DNA of 64,000 nucleotides, from the NCBI GenBank assembly GCA_030867685.1, contig JAQOWU010000007.1:558001-622000 (forward strand), written 5' to 3'. The stretch's first letter is position 1. Every line of letters begins with the position of its first letter. The notes below the pieces were generated by a model. It saw only the letters and a program-made list of their open reading frames with translations, was not told the origin of the DNA and searched no databases. This DNA comes from Wickerhamiella versatilis. Lineage: Eukaryota. The position numbers were made by a program, and so were the translations under genes. Shown one piece after another: positions 1 to 10,037 of this stretch.

Positions 1-2
1 GT

Positions 3-2750
3 GCAGGGACAGTTGAATATATATATGATGCAAAGCGAGAGGCATTCTACTTCCTTGAGGTCAATGCCCGTTTGCAAGTAGAGCACCCAATTACGGAGGA
101 GGTATTTGGTGTTGACTTGGTAGAGCTTATGCTTCGTTTGGCGGCTGATCAAAACATATTTCCTCTAAATCTTGAGCCCAAAGGCTGGGCCATGGAGGCA
201 CGATTGTATGCGGAGAATCCTGTGCGTGGGTTCTTGCCTTCCCCAGGTCAGATTTCAGGTATAACCTGGCCCAAAGACTCCCGGATTGATGGCTGGGTGT
301 CTAAGGGAACTATAGTTAGTTCTGAGTATGATCCAACTCTGGCGAAACTAATTGTTAAGGCCCCAACACGGGAGCAATGCCTCAAGAAACTTGAGAAGTC
401 ACTAGATGAAACCCGTATTGAAGGTATCATAACTAATATTGACTATATCCGTCAAATTGTTTCATCTTCGATGTTTGTTGATGCTAGTATGCACACCAAG
501 ATTTTGGATACTTGGTCGTATACTCCGCATGCTATCGAAGTCTTGCAGCCTGGTGGTTTATCCTCTATACAGGATTGGCCTGGCCGTCTGGGTCTTTGGC
601 ACGTCGGAGTACCTCCCAGTGGACCCATGGATGATTTTGCTCATAGAGCAGCAAATTATGCAGTAGGAAATGACCCGCGAGCACCAGCAATCGAGTGCAC
701 GCTCACCGGACCTACTCTCAAATTCCTAGCTCCGGCTACTGTTGCTATTACCGGCGGAGAAGCCCCTGCTACCTTGGATGCCAAAAATGTTGAGCTTTGG
801 AAGCCTTTCACCGTTTCCCCCAACTCAACTTTGACTATAGGTAAACTCTCCAAAGGATGCCGTGTTTATATTGCCGTCCGAGGTGGAATCGATGTACCAG
901 AGTATCTTGGATCTCGATCTACATTTGCGATGGGGCTTATTGGTGGATACAATGGCCGTACCCTGAAATTCGGCGATGTTCTCAATATTGCGCAGTCGGA
1001 GGTGCCTACATGCCAAATTCCGCCGCCTATTCGTGATCCATCTCCATTCGTTAATCCCCCAAGCTATGAATCAAAATGGGAAGTCGCAGCAGTCTGTGGT
1101 CCTCATGGGGAAGGATTCTTTACTCCTGAATACCTTCAGGAGTTTTTTTCCGCTGACTGGAAGGTCCATTACAACTCTAACCGGTTCGGTGTGCGATTAG
1201 TAGGTCCATCACCGACTTGGGCACGCGTTGATGGTGGTGAGGCAGGACTTCATCCTAGCAATGCGCATGACTATGTTTACTCTATGGGTGCAGTAAATTT
1301 CACTGGAGATGAGCCAGTGGTTCTAACATGCGATGGCCCGTCGTTAGGGGGATTTTTATGTGCTGCAGTCGTTGTATCTTCTGAGCTTTGGAAGTTTGGA
1401 CAAATGCGACCTGGCGATACAGTAAAGCTTGTTCCCGTTTCTTTCGACCAAGCTCATCGGTTGAATCATGCTGTAGAATCCATTTTGCAAGGGGAATCGC
1501 ACGAGCACCTGCCCAAAACTAGAGAGATGACGGACCCAATTCTGTATCAGGATGATCGGGTGTGTTTCCGTCAAGCCGGTGACAAGTATGTTCTTGTTGA
1601 GTTTGGAGAAAATGTTCTTGACATCGATGTCAGGTATCAAATTCACCGCCTGATTGAGATCCTCTCTGGCGAGTCACAAGTTGTGGAGCAGAGTCCAGGT
1701 GTCCGCTCTGTTCTGGTTGAATTCCGGGGCTCGCAATCATCCTTGGTTGAGAAGCTAAAATCTGCAGAGAGTCGTATTTCAACGACACATGACTGGAAGG
1801 TTTCTTCGAGAGTTATCCGCCTGCCTCTGGCTTTTGAAGACTCGAAGACCCTTAGCGCTGTTACGCGCTATTCAGAAACTGTTCGCTCAGAAGCTCCGTG
1901 GCTTCCTAATAATGTTGACTTCATTGCTAGAATAAATGGGGTACCTCGCCAGGTTGTCAGGAACGTGTTATATTCAGGTAAGTTCCTGGTGCTCGGCTTG
2001 GGTGATGTATATCTTGGTGCACCCTGCGCTGTTCCTTTAGATCCTCGTCAACGACTACTTGGTACAAAGTATAATCCAAGTCGATCCTGGACTCCTAATG
2101 GAACTGTTGGATTGGGCGGAATGTATATGTGTATTTATACCATGGAGTCTCCTGGTGGATACCAGCTGGTGGGTAGGACTATTCCCACCTGGGACAAGCT
2201 TTGTTTGAACTCTCATTCTACCGCAGGTGAGCCATGGCTGTTGCGTCCTTTCGATATCGTCGAGTTTTTCCCTTGCTCTGAGGCTGAATTAGAAACATTT
2301 GTTGAGCAATTCAATCATGGTGAATATGCTGCTGATGTTCATGATTATGTCTTCGATGCCACTAATTATCATCAATTCCTCGATGAAAATAGTGAATCCA
2401 TTGCAGCTCATGAAAAGAACCTCTCTGAGCACGTCGATGAATTTGGCAAGGTGGTTGCTGCTTCTAACCGTCTAGTCTCATCACAGAGCAATGCAGCTCC
2501 TGTAGATACGAATCAATTCTCCGAATCTGCTGAATTGGTATATTCAGAAGTGATGGGTCGGTTCTGGAAGTCGCAGGTGTCGGAAGGCGACCTGGTTGAA
2601 AAGGGACAGCCGCTTGTTGTTCTGGAAGCAATGAAGACTGAAATGACTATCGCAGCACCAATACAAGGCCGTGCTGTAAAGATAGTTCACCAGAATGGTG
2701 ATATGGTGGATACCGGCGATCTTGTGGCAGTCATTGAGCCTACAAATTAA
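3..2750 (+). CDS. DUR1,2: Urea carboxylase / urea amidolyase, C-terminal part (5' end outside window)
   Basis: Frame open from nt 3 (AGTVEYIYD...FYFLEVNARLQVEHP, biotin carboxylase), carboxyltransferase motifs (GVPPSGPMD, HYNSNRFGVRL, KYNPSRSWTP) and biotinyl motif EAMKTE. Any allophanate hydrolase fusion would lie upstream and is not visible. Confidence 0.93.
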   Translation, partial: AGTVEYIYDAKREAFYFLEVNARLQVEHPITEEVFGVDLVELMLRLAADQNIFPLNLEPKGWAMEARLYAENPVRGFLPSPGQISGITWPKDSRIDGWVSKGTIVSSEYDPTLAKLIVKAPTREQCLKKLEKSLDETRIEGIITNIDYIRQIVSSSMFVDASMHTKILDTWSYTPHAIEVLQPGGLSSIQDWPGRLGLWHVGVPPSGPMDDFAHRAANYAVGNDPRAPAIECTLTGPTLKFLAPATVAITGGEAPATLDAKNVELWKPFTVSPNSTLTIGKLSKGCRVYIAVRGGIDVPEYLGSRSTFAMGLIGGYNGRTLKFGDVLNIAQSEVPTCQIPPPIRDPSPFVNPPSYESKWEVAAVCGPHGEGFFTPEYLQEFFSADWKVHYNSNRFGVRLVGPSPTWARVDGGEAGLHPSNAHDYVYSMGAVNFTGDEPVVLTCDGPSLGGFLCAAVVVSSELWKFGQMRPGDTVKLVPVSFDQAHRLNHAVESILQGESHEHLPKTREMTDPILYQDDRVCFRQAGDKYVLVEFGENVLDIDVRYQIHRLIEILSGESQVVEQSPGVRSVLVEFRGSQSSLVEKLKSAESRISTTHDWKVSSRVIRLPLAFEDSKTLSAVTRYSETVRSEAPWLPNNVDFIARINGVPRQVVRNVLYSGKFLVLGLGDVYLGAPCAVPLDPRQRLLGTKYNPSRSWTPNGTVGLGGMYMCIYTMESPGGYQLVGRTIPTWDKLCLNSHSTAGEPWLLRPFDIVEFFPCSEAELETFVEQFNHGEYAADVHDYVFDATNYHQFLDENSESIAAHEKNLSEHVDEFGKVVAASNRLVSSQSNAAPVDTNQFSESAELVYSEVMGRFWKSQVSEGDLVEKGQPLVVLEAMKTEMTIAAPIQGRAVKIVHQNGDMVDTGDLVAVIEPTN

Positions 2751-2963
2751 AGAATTGATGCAGACACTAGATTAGTATAATATCTAATTTTCTTTTTCTA
2801 ATTTGAAATTCGTAAGTACGATGATTATTTTCCGTGGATCGATCTACTTCGTATTGTTGCGACACCTTTGCTCTCGGACTATCGGAGTACGTAACACTCC
2901 GACTAAGTGGCGGGCAAGGGTGACTTATCAAGGTAACATCAGCAGCTGTCACAACTATTGTGG

Positions 2964-3506
2964 ATGATAGGACTGGCTGTTTTAGCAATCATAGCTTTGG
3001 CCGGTATTTGCACTAGCATATTTTTGTCAATTCGAAAATTTCGTAATGCTAGAAGAGGCGCTCAACGTAGGAATGGAAGAGATACAGAGCGCCAGGATCC
3101 GCCTCCACCCCCTACTTATGAAAGGGAGGCCGAAAATGATCCTCGTTCATTTGAACCTGGTATGGAGCTAGAAACAAACATGTCGAATTTTCTGGATAAC
3201 TGTCCAGTTCAGGCAAGTTTGCTCCGAGATCATGGTTTGCCAGATGAATGCAGTTGGTGTCATAATGGCTTTGATGATCTTGACAGTGTGAGAATGTTTA
3301 AGTGCAAACATGCAATCCATTATACGTGTGCCCAGAATCTCTTCCCAAATTCGGAACCACGATGTATAATGTGCACCACGGAGTCAGAAGATTCAGGGGA
3401 GGCTGATACAGAGAATGAACTGCCAACTTATAAGGAGAGTCAGAAAGCAAGTAAATTGGCGAGGCGACAACAAAGAAGTGGTACTTTTTTCGGCTTTGCA
3501 CCTTAG
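2964..3506 (+). CDS. Single-pass membrane RING-H2 protein (putative E3 ligase)
   Basis: N-terminal hydrophobic helix followed by basic residues, PPTY motif, and C-x2-C...C-x-H-x2-H-x2-C...C-x2-C (CSWC..CKHAIHYTC..CIMC). First ATG at 2964. Confidence 0.7.
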   Translation: MIGLAVLAIIALAGICTSIFLSIRKFRNARRGAQRRNGRDTERQDPPPPPTYEREAENDPRSFEPGMELETNMSNFLDNCPVQASLLRDHGLPDECSWCHNGFDDLDSVRMFKCKHAIHYTCAQNLFPNSEPRCIMCTTESEDSGEADTENELPTYKESQKASKLARRQQRSGTFFGFAP

Positions 3507-3837
3507 TTTGGGATACTCCTCCTTACCCGCGTTATGAAAAACACAAACTGACATTTCTGGTCATTTGGCATAGATTTTCATGAACATATTAATATGAAGA
3601 GCATGAATGGGTGTAGAATACGTTGTACAGGCACCTCGGTTATCGGAGGCAACGCAGATCTAGCTCACCGCTGGAAACTACGTTTGCTCATCTTAGTCTA
3701 TATATTCCTTATCAATTAACTTATATATACCTTTTAATTGAAAAGATTTTAAAATTTTCAAAATATAACTCCACAAAAAAGATGAACGAATTGATCCTAA
3801 CAAACGCAACTTGATCAAATATCGATGACTCATCCAT

Positions 3838-4407
3838 ATGGATGTCAAGGTCAAGGAACTGGTGAAAGAACAGAGCAAAGTGGAAGATGAAATATTCGAT
3901 TACTCTATAAAACTTCTTGGGCCGTTCTATAAAAATAGACACGAGGTAATTACCAAAATTCCACGATTCTGGCCGACGGTAATCGACACCTGCGAACTTC
4001 TCAGTGACTATCTTACTTATGAGGATACGGAGGCTATAGAGACTTTGGAAGATATTTATATTACTTGGATGAACCGTGATTTCAATATAGAATTTGTGTT
4101 TGGTGAGAACAATTTCATGCCGTCTCAAAAAGTGCTCAAGTCTATGAAATATGATGCAGAGAACGAAGAGTACACAAGTGAGCCAGTTCAAATTTCGTGG
4201 AAGCCAAATAGAGACTTAACTTTGGAGCGTGCTGGTCGTGATAAGTCCTTTTTTTCATGGTTTGCGTACTCTAAAGACGGGGAAGGGTCAGAGATTGCCC
4301 GTATACTCAGTGAAGAGTTGTATCCACCTGCATTACAATTCTGGCTTGAGGCCGAAAAAGAGCAGGAGTCTGAATGGGAACTTAGTGACAGCTCTGAGAG
4401 CACTTAA
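3838..4407 (+). CDS. VPS75: NAP/SET-family histone chaperone (Vps75-like)
   Basis: PFYKNRHEVITKIPRFW, F.F.EN, ISWK and SFFSWF motifs of the NAP family; short length fits Vps75. Confidence 0.8.
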   Translation: MDVKVKELVKEQSKVEDEIFDYSIKLLGPFYKNRHEVITKIPRFWPTVIDTCELLSDYLTYEDTEAIETLEDIYITWMNRDFNIEFVFGENNFMPSQKVLKSMKYDAENEEYTSEPVQISWKPNRDLTLERAGRDKSFFSWFAYSKDGEGSEIARILSEELYPPALQFWLEAEKEQESEWELSDSSEST

Positions 4408-5992
4408 TGGGCTCTTCGATGGAATACTGTTTCTCATTGAGACGCGTAACACGATGAATCTTTTTTGACGAAAAGTAAGCGTATACTGCCGCGGCAAGGA
4501 CCAATGCACACCATATGCAGAAAAGAGCAACTGCGGTCAACCAACAAGTGTTGTTTAGAGAGGCCATCAGCTGGAGCAAATCAGAATTACCTTTGTTCGA
4601 ATAGTTTGATACCGTACTGGGTAGTCTAATTTGCTCCAAAGCAATTCCTCTGCCGAAAGGACCTGTGAGCGTCAAGGTTGTATTTGACAAGGAACCAGCA
4701 TGTTTTAATAGCGAGTTGTGTGTGGATGTCATGTTGCTAATCAATTTTGTAAAGACTGTTTGGCATTGAGAATTGAGTCTCTGGGATGCATAAGTATAGG
4801 TACTGTTAATGTCACTTTGCCAGCTTGTATCTTGCTGCTTAGGCAACGATGAGGCTTGCGATAGGAGCGGTGCATTTGCTATGCTGAATATACACAAAAA
4901 TATTGTGATTGCCAGTACACGCGAGAGAGACGCAGATAATGCAAATGATATGATCCATCTTACATATACTTGGTACTTCTCTTTAGTCCATGATGATAAC
5001 CAGTTGGCAAGTGTAACTAAAGAAGATTCGGATACCTGGAAGACAACCTCCAAAGTATCTTGGTCAGGGTGCGTCTCTAGCTCGCGTACTGAATCAAGTG
5101 CTCTCTGCCATTGAAGATAACGGATCCAACCCATAAATGGTATGCAGATGACGGCAAAGAGTGAGAATGGAATTATCGCTCCGATGTAAGGTGCTTTTAG
5201 CTTGTGGCTTACTGAGTCGTAAGACGTTTGCGAGCACGTAGCGTTACCATTAGGCCTAGTACCCACCACCAGGATATCCATGAGTTCTTGCCGCGCTTTA
5301 TCGATCATTTTCGAGATGTTTCCATTAATGCTGGCCGTGTTCAGTTCATTTTTAAAGTTTTCATTGTGCTGCAGATGTTGTGATATATCTGTAGGAATAT
5401 TCCAGTCAAAGACTGCAGAGAAGTTGGAGGCATTGATGTTATACAACCCTGATTTTTCAAGGGCCTCTTCTACATTGTTGAGGGTGTTAATCATTTTTGT
5501 GGTAGCATTTTTGGAGGACCTTAAATTTTTGTCTGTCCAGTTTGCCATTTGATCTGTAGCATTTCTTGCACTCTCTCGAGAAGAGGTAAGACTCACGTTC
5601 AGGGTATCAGATACCGACTGAACAAAGGCTTCTGATGTTACCTCCATATTCCAAAGATGCGAATTCATACTAGCCATTGCATGTATTTGAACTGAATCGG
5701 CCGCGAGTGAAACAGAGTTATAACCAGATGATGCCTCACACAATTGCTTCTCGAATCTGCTTGTCACAAGGACCGCAGCCACTAAGCATTTGCCAAAAAT
5801 TGCTACACCTATTGCAAGTCCAACCCAAAATAAACTTAGCGGGTTGAAGATGAGCTGTAGGAGTTGGGCACGTAAGCCAAGGTATGGTGTAGGTGTCTCT
5901 ACCCGGTCAACGACATAATGCATTAACCTGCTACCATAGCGGATAGAAGCTCGCGGAGGGGCAACGCGAAACATTGGTGGTACATCACTCAT
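4382..5992 (-). CDS. PRM1: Pheromone-regulated plasma membrane fusion protein Prm1
   Basis: TPYLGLRAQL N-terminal motif, several TM segments, many N-x-S/T sites in the loops. Confidence 0.75.
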   Translation of the reverse strand: MSDVPPMFRVAPPRASIRYGSRLMHYVVDRVETPTPYLGLRAQLLQLIFNPLSLFWVGLAIGVAIFGKCLVAAVLVTSRFEKQLCEASSGYNSVSLAADSVQIHAMASMNSHLWNMEVTSEAFVQSVSDTLNVSLTSSRESARNATDQMANWTDKNLRSSKNATTKMINTLNNVEEALEKSGLYNINASNFSAVFDWNIPTDISQHLQHNENFKNELNTASINGNISKMIDKARQELMDILVVGTRPNGNATCSQTSYDSVSHKLKAPYIGAIIPFSLFAVICIPFMGWIRYLQWQRALDSVRELETHPDQDTLEVVFQVSESSLVTLANWLSSWTKEKYQVYVRWIISFALSASLSRVLAITIFLCIFSIANAPLLSQASSLPKQQDTSWQSDINSTYTYASQRLNSQCQTVFTKLISNMTSTHNSLLKHAGSLSNTTLTLTGPFGRGIALEQIRLPSTVSNYSNKGNSDLLQLMASLNNTCWLTAVALFCIWCALVLAAAVYAYFSSKKIHRVTRLNEKQYSIEEPIKCSQSCH

Positions 5993-6266
5993 GATTTCAA
6001 TTGCGTTTGGAATAAACAGTGGGTATTATTTAACATTCTGGTGGAACTGGTTCAACCCACCTAGACCTAACCACGCCCACAGTAAGTGCATATATATAGA
6101 TAGATATAGTCACGAAAAACATAGGGCCTGTACAGAATAAACCGGCTAGACGCATAAGATCCAGACCATTTACCATGTGCTTGAACTTATCAATCAATAG
6201 AGTCTTAAATCTATGTTTTTCTTAATGAACCTCAATAAATTCTGTCAGTATATGTCAAACGCTAAC

Positions 6267-8345
6267 TTATTTAGAACTGAATGGTCCGGGACCACGCTGG
6301 ACAAGGTGGGCGAAAGCATGGTGGATTCTCGACTTCGGTGACTGGCCCTTGTAGTAGGCGACGGTAGCCTCGACACGCTTAGAAACACCCTCTGGGGTGA
6401 ATTCGAGAGCCTTGTAGATATCGCCAGCTGGTGCAGAGGCACCGAAGTGGTCGAGGTTGAAGTTCTCATGTGTGTACTTCGACCAACCGAAAGCCGACAT
6501 TACCTCAACGGAAACAGCTGGGATACCGTCAGGGAACACAGACAACTTGTACTCCTCAGACTGGCCATCAAAAGTAAAGAAATCAGGGAGCGAGACGACG
6601 CGAACAGCAATCTTACCCTTCAGGGACTCAGCAGCAGAGACTGAGATTGACACCTCCGATCCGGTAGCGGCGAGAATAACCTCGGGCTTGGTTTCGGGCT
6701 CGTAAACGACATATCCACCCTTGGAGGCCTTCTCAATCGAGGAGCCAGCCAGCTGGGGCAGTCCTTGACGAGACAGAGCAATCACACTAGGGGTATGCTC
6801 GCGCTCAATTGAAACCTTGTAGGCAGCAGAGACCTCATTTCCGTCAGCTGGGCGCCAAACCATGAGGTTGGGGATGGCACGAAGGTGCGCCAGAGTCTCG
6901 ATGGGCTGGTGGGTAGGACCATCTTCACCAAGTCCGATAGAGTCATGGGTAGCCACCCAAATGACATTATGACCAGACAGGGCACTAAGACGAACCGCAC
7001 CAGCACCGTAAGAAACAAAGTTCAAGAAGGTACCGCCATAAGGAATGAAACCACCGTATGCAGAGATACCATTCATGATTGCACCCATACCGTGCTCACG
7101 TACACCGTAACGGATATATCTACCAGTCCAGTTACCTAGGTTGGTTGAGGGGGGCTGGAAGTCAACAGCACCAGGCCATCGAGTAAGGTTAGAGCCAGTA
7201 AGGTCTGCAGATCCACCAATGAGTTCTGGGAGAGCCTCATGAATAGCAGTGAGTGTCAACTCGCTCAACTTACGCGAGGCAAGTGCCTTGTCATCAACCT
7301 TGTAAGTGGGCAAAGACTTCTCCCATCCGGTAGGAAGCTTGCGGGCGATACGGCGCTTTAGCTCTTCGGCTTCCTTGGTATACTTCTTACTATAGGCTTC
7401 GAACTTCGCATTCCATTCCTCCTCAAGCTTCGCACCCTCAGCAATCTTCTTGCTGGTTTGCTCCTTCACATCAGAGGGGACAACAAAGCTCTCTTCTGGG
7501 TCGAAACCAAACAACTTCTTAACATGCTTGACATCATCCGGCTTCAAAGGAGATCCATGAACAGAGTGGTCACCCTCCTTTAGAGAACCGTAACCAATAA
7601 TGGTTTCCACGCGTACGAACACAGGCTTTCCAGTGACCTTCAACGCAGTCTGGATAGCTTCATACATAGAAGCGATATCTGTGTTACCATTCTTGACTGT
7701 AATGATATGCCAACCATAGGCCTCCATGCGCTTGCACACGTCCTCAGTGAAAGCACATGCGGTGTCACCATCGATGGTAATGTGGTTGTCATCCCAGAAT
7801 GCAACGAGGTTATCCAATTGAAGATGGCCAGCAAGCGCCATTGCCTCATGGCTGATACCCTCCATAAGACAACCATCACCGAGGAAGGCGAAGACCTTGT
7901 TGTTCAACAACTCAAAGTCGGGCTTGTTAAATTCGGCAGCTACCTGTTTTCCAGCGATTGCAAGACCGACAGCATTTGCAATACCTTGGCCGAGAGGTCC
8001 AGTGGTGACCTCAACACCAGGAAGCTCAGCTTCTGGGTGGCCAGGCGTCTTGCTGTTAAGTTGACGGAAATGTTTCAAATCGTCCAAAGTATAATCATAG
8101 CCATAGAAGTACATGAACATGTACTGCAACACACAAGCATGACCATTAGAGAGAACAAACCTATCACGGTTGTACCAAGATGGGTTCTTGGGGTTAAATT
8201 TCATCGTATACTGCCATAGCAAATAAGCAAGTGGAGACAAGGACATCGGTGCACCTGGATGCCCCGAATTAGCCTTCGCAACCACATCAGCTGCAAATAC
8301 ACGGGCAGTATTGATTACCTTTGTGTCGATTTCACCAAAAGTCAT
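6267..8345 (-). CDS. TKL1: Transketolase
   Basis: SGHPGAPM, RDRFVLSNGH, GDGCLMEG (ThDP binding), THDSIGLGEDGPTHQPIE. Confidence 0.98.
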   Translation of the reverse strand: MTFGEIDTKVINTARVFAADVVAKANSGHPGAPMSLSPLAYLLWQYTMKFNPKNPSWYNRDRFVLSNGHACVLQYMFMYFYGYDYTLDDLKHFRQLNSKTPGHPEAELPGVEVTTGPLGQGIANAVGLAIAGKQVAAEFNKPDFELLNNKVFAFLGDGCLMEGISHEAMALAGHLQLDNLVAFWDDNHITIDGDTACAFTEDVCKRMEAYGWHIITVKNGNTDIASMYEAIQTALKVTGKPVFVRVETIIGYGSLKEGDHSVHGSPLKPDDVKHVKKLFGFDPEESFVVPSDVKEQTSKKIAEGAKLEEEWNAKFEAYSKKYTKEAEELKRRIARKLPTGWEKSLPTYKVDDKALASRKLSELTLTAIHEALPELIGGSADLTGSNLTRWPGAVDFQPPSTNLGNWTGRYIRYGVREHGMGAIMNGISAYGGFIPYGGTFLNFVSYGAGAVRLSALSGHNVIWVATHDSIGLGEDGPTHQPIETLAHLRAIPNLMVWRPADGNEVSAAYKVSIEREHTPSVIALSRQGLPQLAGSSIEKASKGGYVVYEPETKPEVILAATGSEVSISVSAAESLKGKIAVRVVSLPDFFTFDGQSEEYKLSVFPDGIPAVSVEVMSAFGWSKYTHENFNLDHFGASAPAGDIYKALEFTPEGVSKRVEATVAYYKGQSPKSRIHHAFAHLVQRGPGPFSSK

Positions 8346-8873
8346 GATTGTACTAAGAAAGTGATTTCTCGGTGGTTACTATGTTATATAGTGACTTTAC
8401 CCTAACATCAGAGAGAGCCCAGGCTCACCTTTTGCTGTGCGGAAGTTTCTCAGTGCTATGCCCCGTTTTATTCTATATGGCCCAGATATCGAGGCAAAAG
8501 ATAACAATTGTCATATTGTCAGCAAGTAAATCGGACTAGAAAATGCCCATGAGCTTAAGCTAGCACTAAAGCAATTATCCGGTCGACGTGATTACGAGAT
8601 ATGCCAGCTCACAACCCGCATCTTACGAAGATAGGGACGAACCTTGTGCGTTGGGGTAGTGGAAAATAAATTCAGATCAAAATGTCGTGCGGTGGATATC
8701 GTGATTCATAGTGATTTAGTGATTTAGTGAGCAGGGTCCAACCAGTACATTTTTAGTGTAAACTGCATTTGGCTTCATATTAATATTTCAAGAGATGTGG
8801 ATTCGAAAAGACTACAGTTACGTGGTATAATATCTAAAAAAAATAACAAATAAATAATAGGTGAGAAACACTA

Positions 8874-9620
8874 CTATGATTCGTTCACATTGTTTGAGTA
8901 TTGTTGATGATATAAAATTGCCTCCTCGGGCAGGTTTGATAAATACTCATTTGTAAACGCTCTTGAGGGTGGATAAAGGGGCATGTACGCTCTTTCATCA
9001 CTAGGTGCCTCAGAAGCTCGATTATGAGAATTTCGCGGTCTGGTAACGTCTATAAGAGATGGGTGACCTTGCACTGCAATACGGTAAGGAGCAGGCACTC
9101 CAGCATAATCCAGAGTACTGCTATTCTGATCAGTACTGTAAAGGCTTCTTCCTCCGGCATTAACCTGGTTTTGTCCGACATATATTGGAATAACGTTAGA
9201 CGCGGCTACTTGTGACGTTACCATGCTTGATGCCCTTCCTTCTCTTCTAGCCTGACCAGCCAAATTTATGTTCTCTTCAAATGGTTTGGGCTCACTTGCG
9301 AAGTGTGGGCCTGGAGAAGGTGGTGGCGTATCGAAATCAGGCTCTCTCATAACATTTTCGATTCTGCGATGCCGTCGATGCCTGAACTTGTACCACAACA
9401 ATACACCCAATACCAATGCTATACCAGCTAGCGAGCCAACAACACCGCCAACTATTGCTCCAGCATTTGGACCGCTTGACTTTTTGATGTCACGACATGT
9501 GGCCTGCGCACAACTATGGCATGTTTGCAATGTAAGCTGGCAAACTTGTCCTGAGGGACATGATTTGCAGGAAGGTGTCTCATTTGGACACGATACACAA
9601 TCACGCCTAAACATTTGCAT
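8874..9620 (-). CDS. OPY2: Opy2-like membrane anchor of the HOG/filamentous-growth pathway
   Basis: 8-Cys extracellular domain (CVSC..CKSCPSGQVC..CHSC..C), one TM helix, cytoplasmic ASNVIPI motif. Confidence 0.8.
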   Translation of the reverse strand: MQMFRRDCVSCPNETPSCKSCPSGQVCQLTLQTCHSCAQATCRDIKKSSGPNAGAIVGGVVGSLAGIALVLGVLLWYKFRHRRHRRIENVMREPDFDTPPPSPGPHFASEPKPFEENINLAGQARREGRASSMVTSQVAASNVIPIYVGQNQVNAGGRSLYSTDQNSSTLDYAGVPAPYRIAVQGHPSLIDVTRPRNSHNRASEAPSDERAYMPLYPPSRAFTNEYLSNLPEEAILYHQQYSNNVNES

Positions 9621-10037
9621 GGCACGGCGGTCGCGGCTACTGCGACTTATGTGATAAGCTCGACTATATTATTTCAGGGGAGGGGATAGGGTTGAGGTTC
9701 AGGTTATTTCCCAGCTTCAGGTTGAGTGCAAAATATATCTATGAGGAACTGGCTTGTTCTGCTCTATATAGGATGTGGCCTTCTCTATGTTATTGTTAGA
9801 AGATATGATCTCGCTAGAATAAATGGTTGGTCTTAGTGGAAGCCAACGGCACTAAATATAGGTATTGCTCACGCTTTAAATACATCTTGCAGTTTCGGGC
9901 TAGGCTCAAAGTGTTACCCGTGAAATCTTAGCATGTGATGTTAAAAGTATGTTGAAATCCGATTCAAAATCTATCATCCTCTAAAAATAAAGAAATCATT
10001 AATTGTTGTGACACGTTCTCGAAATATATGTACACTC

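Noticed and set aside
6761-6790. Alternative yeast genetic code (CUG=Ser/Ala)
   Set aside because: CTG occupies conserved Leu positions (ALSRQ.LP) in transketolase.
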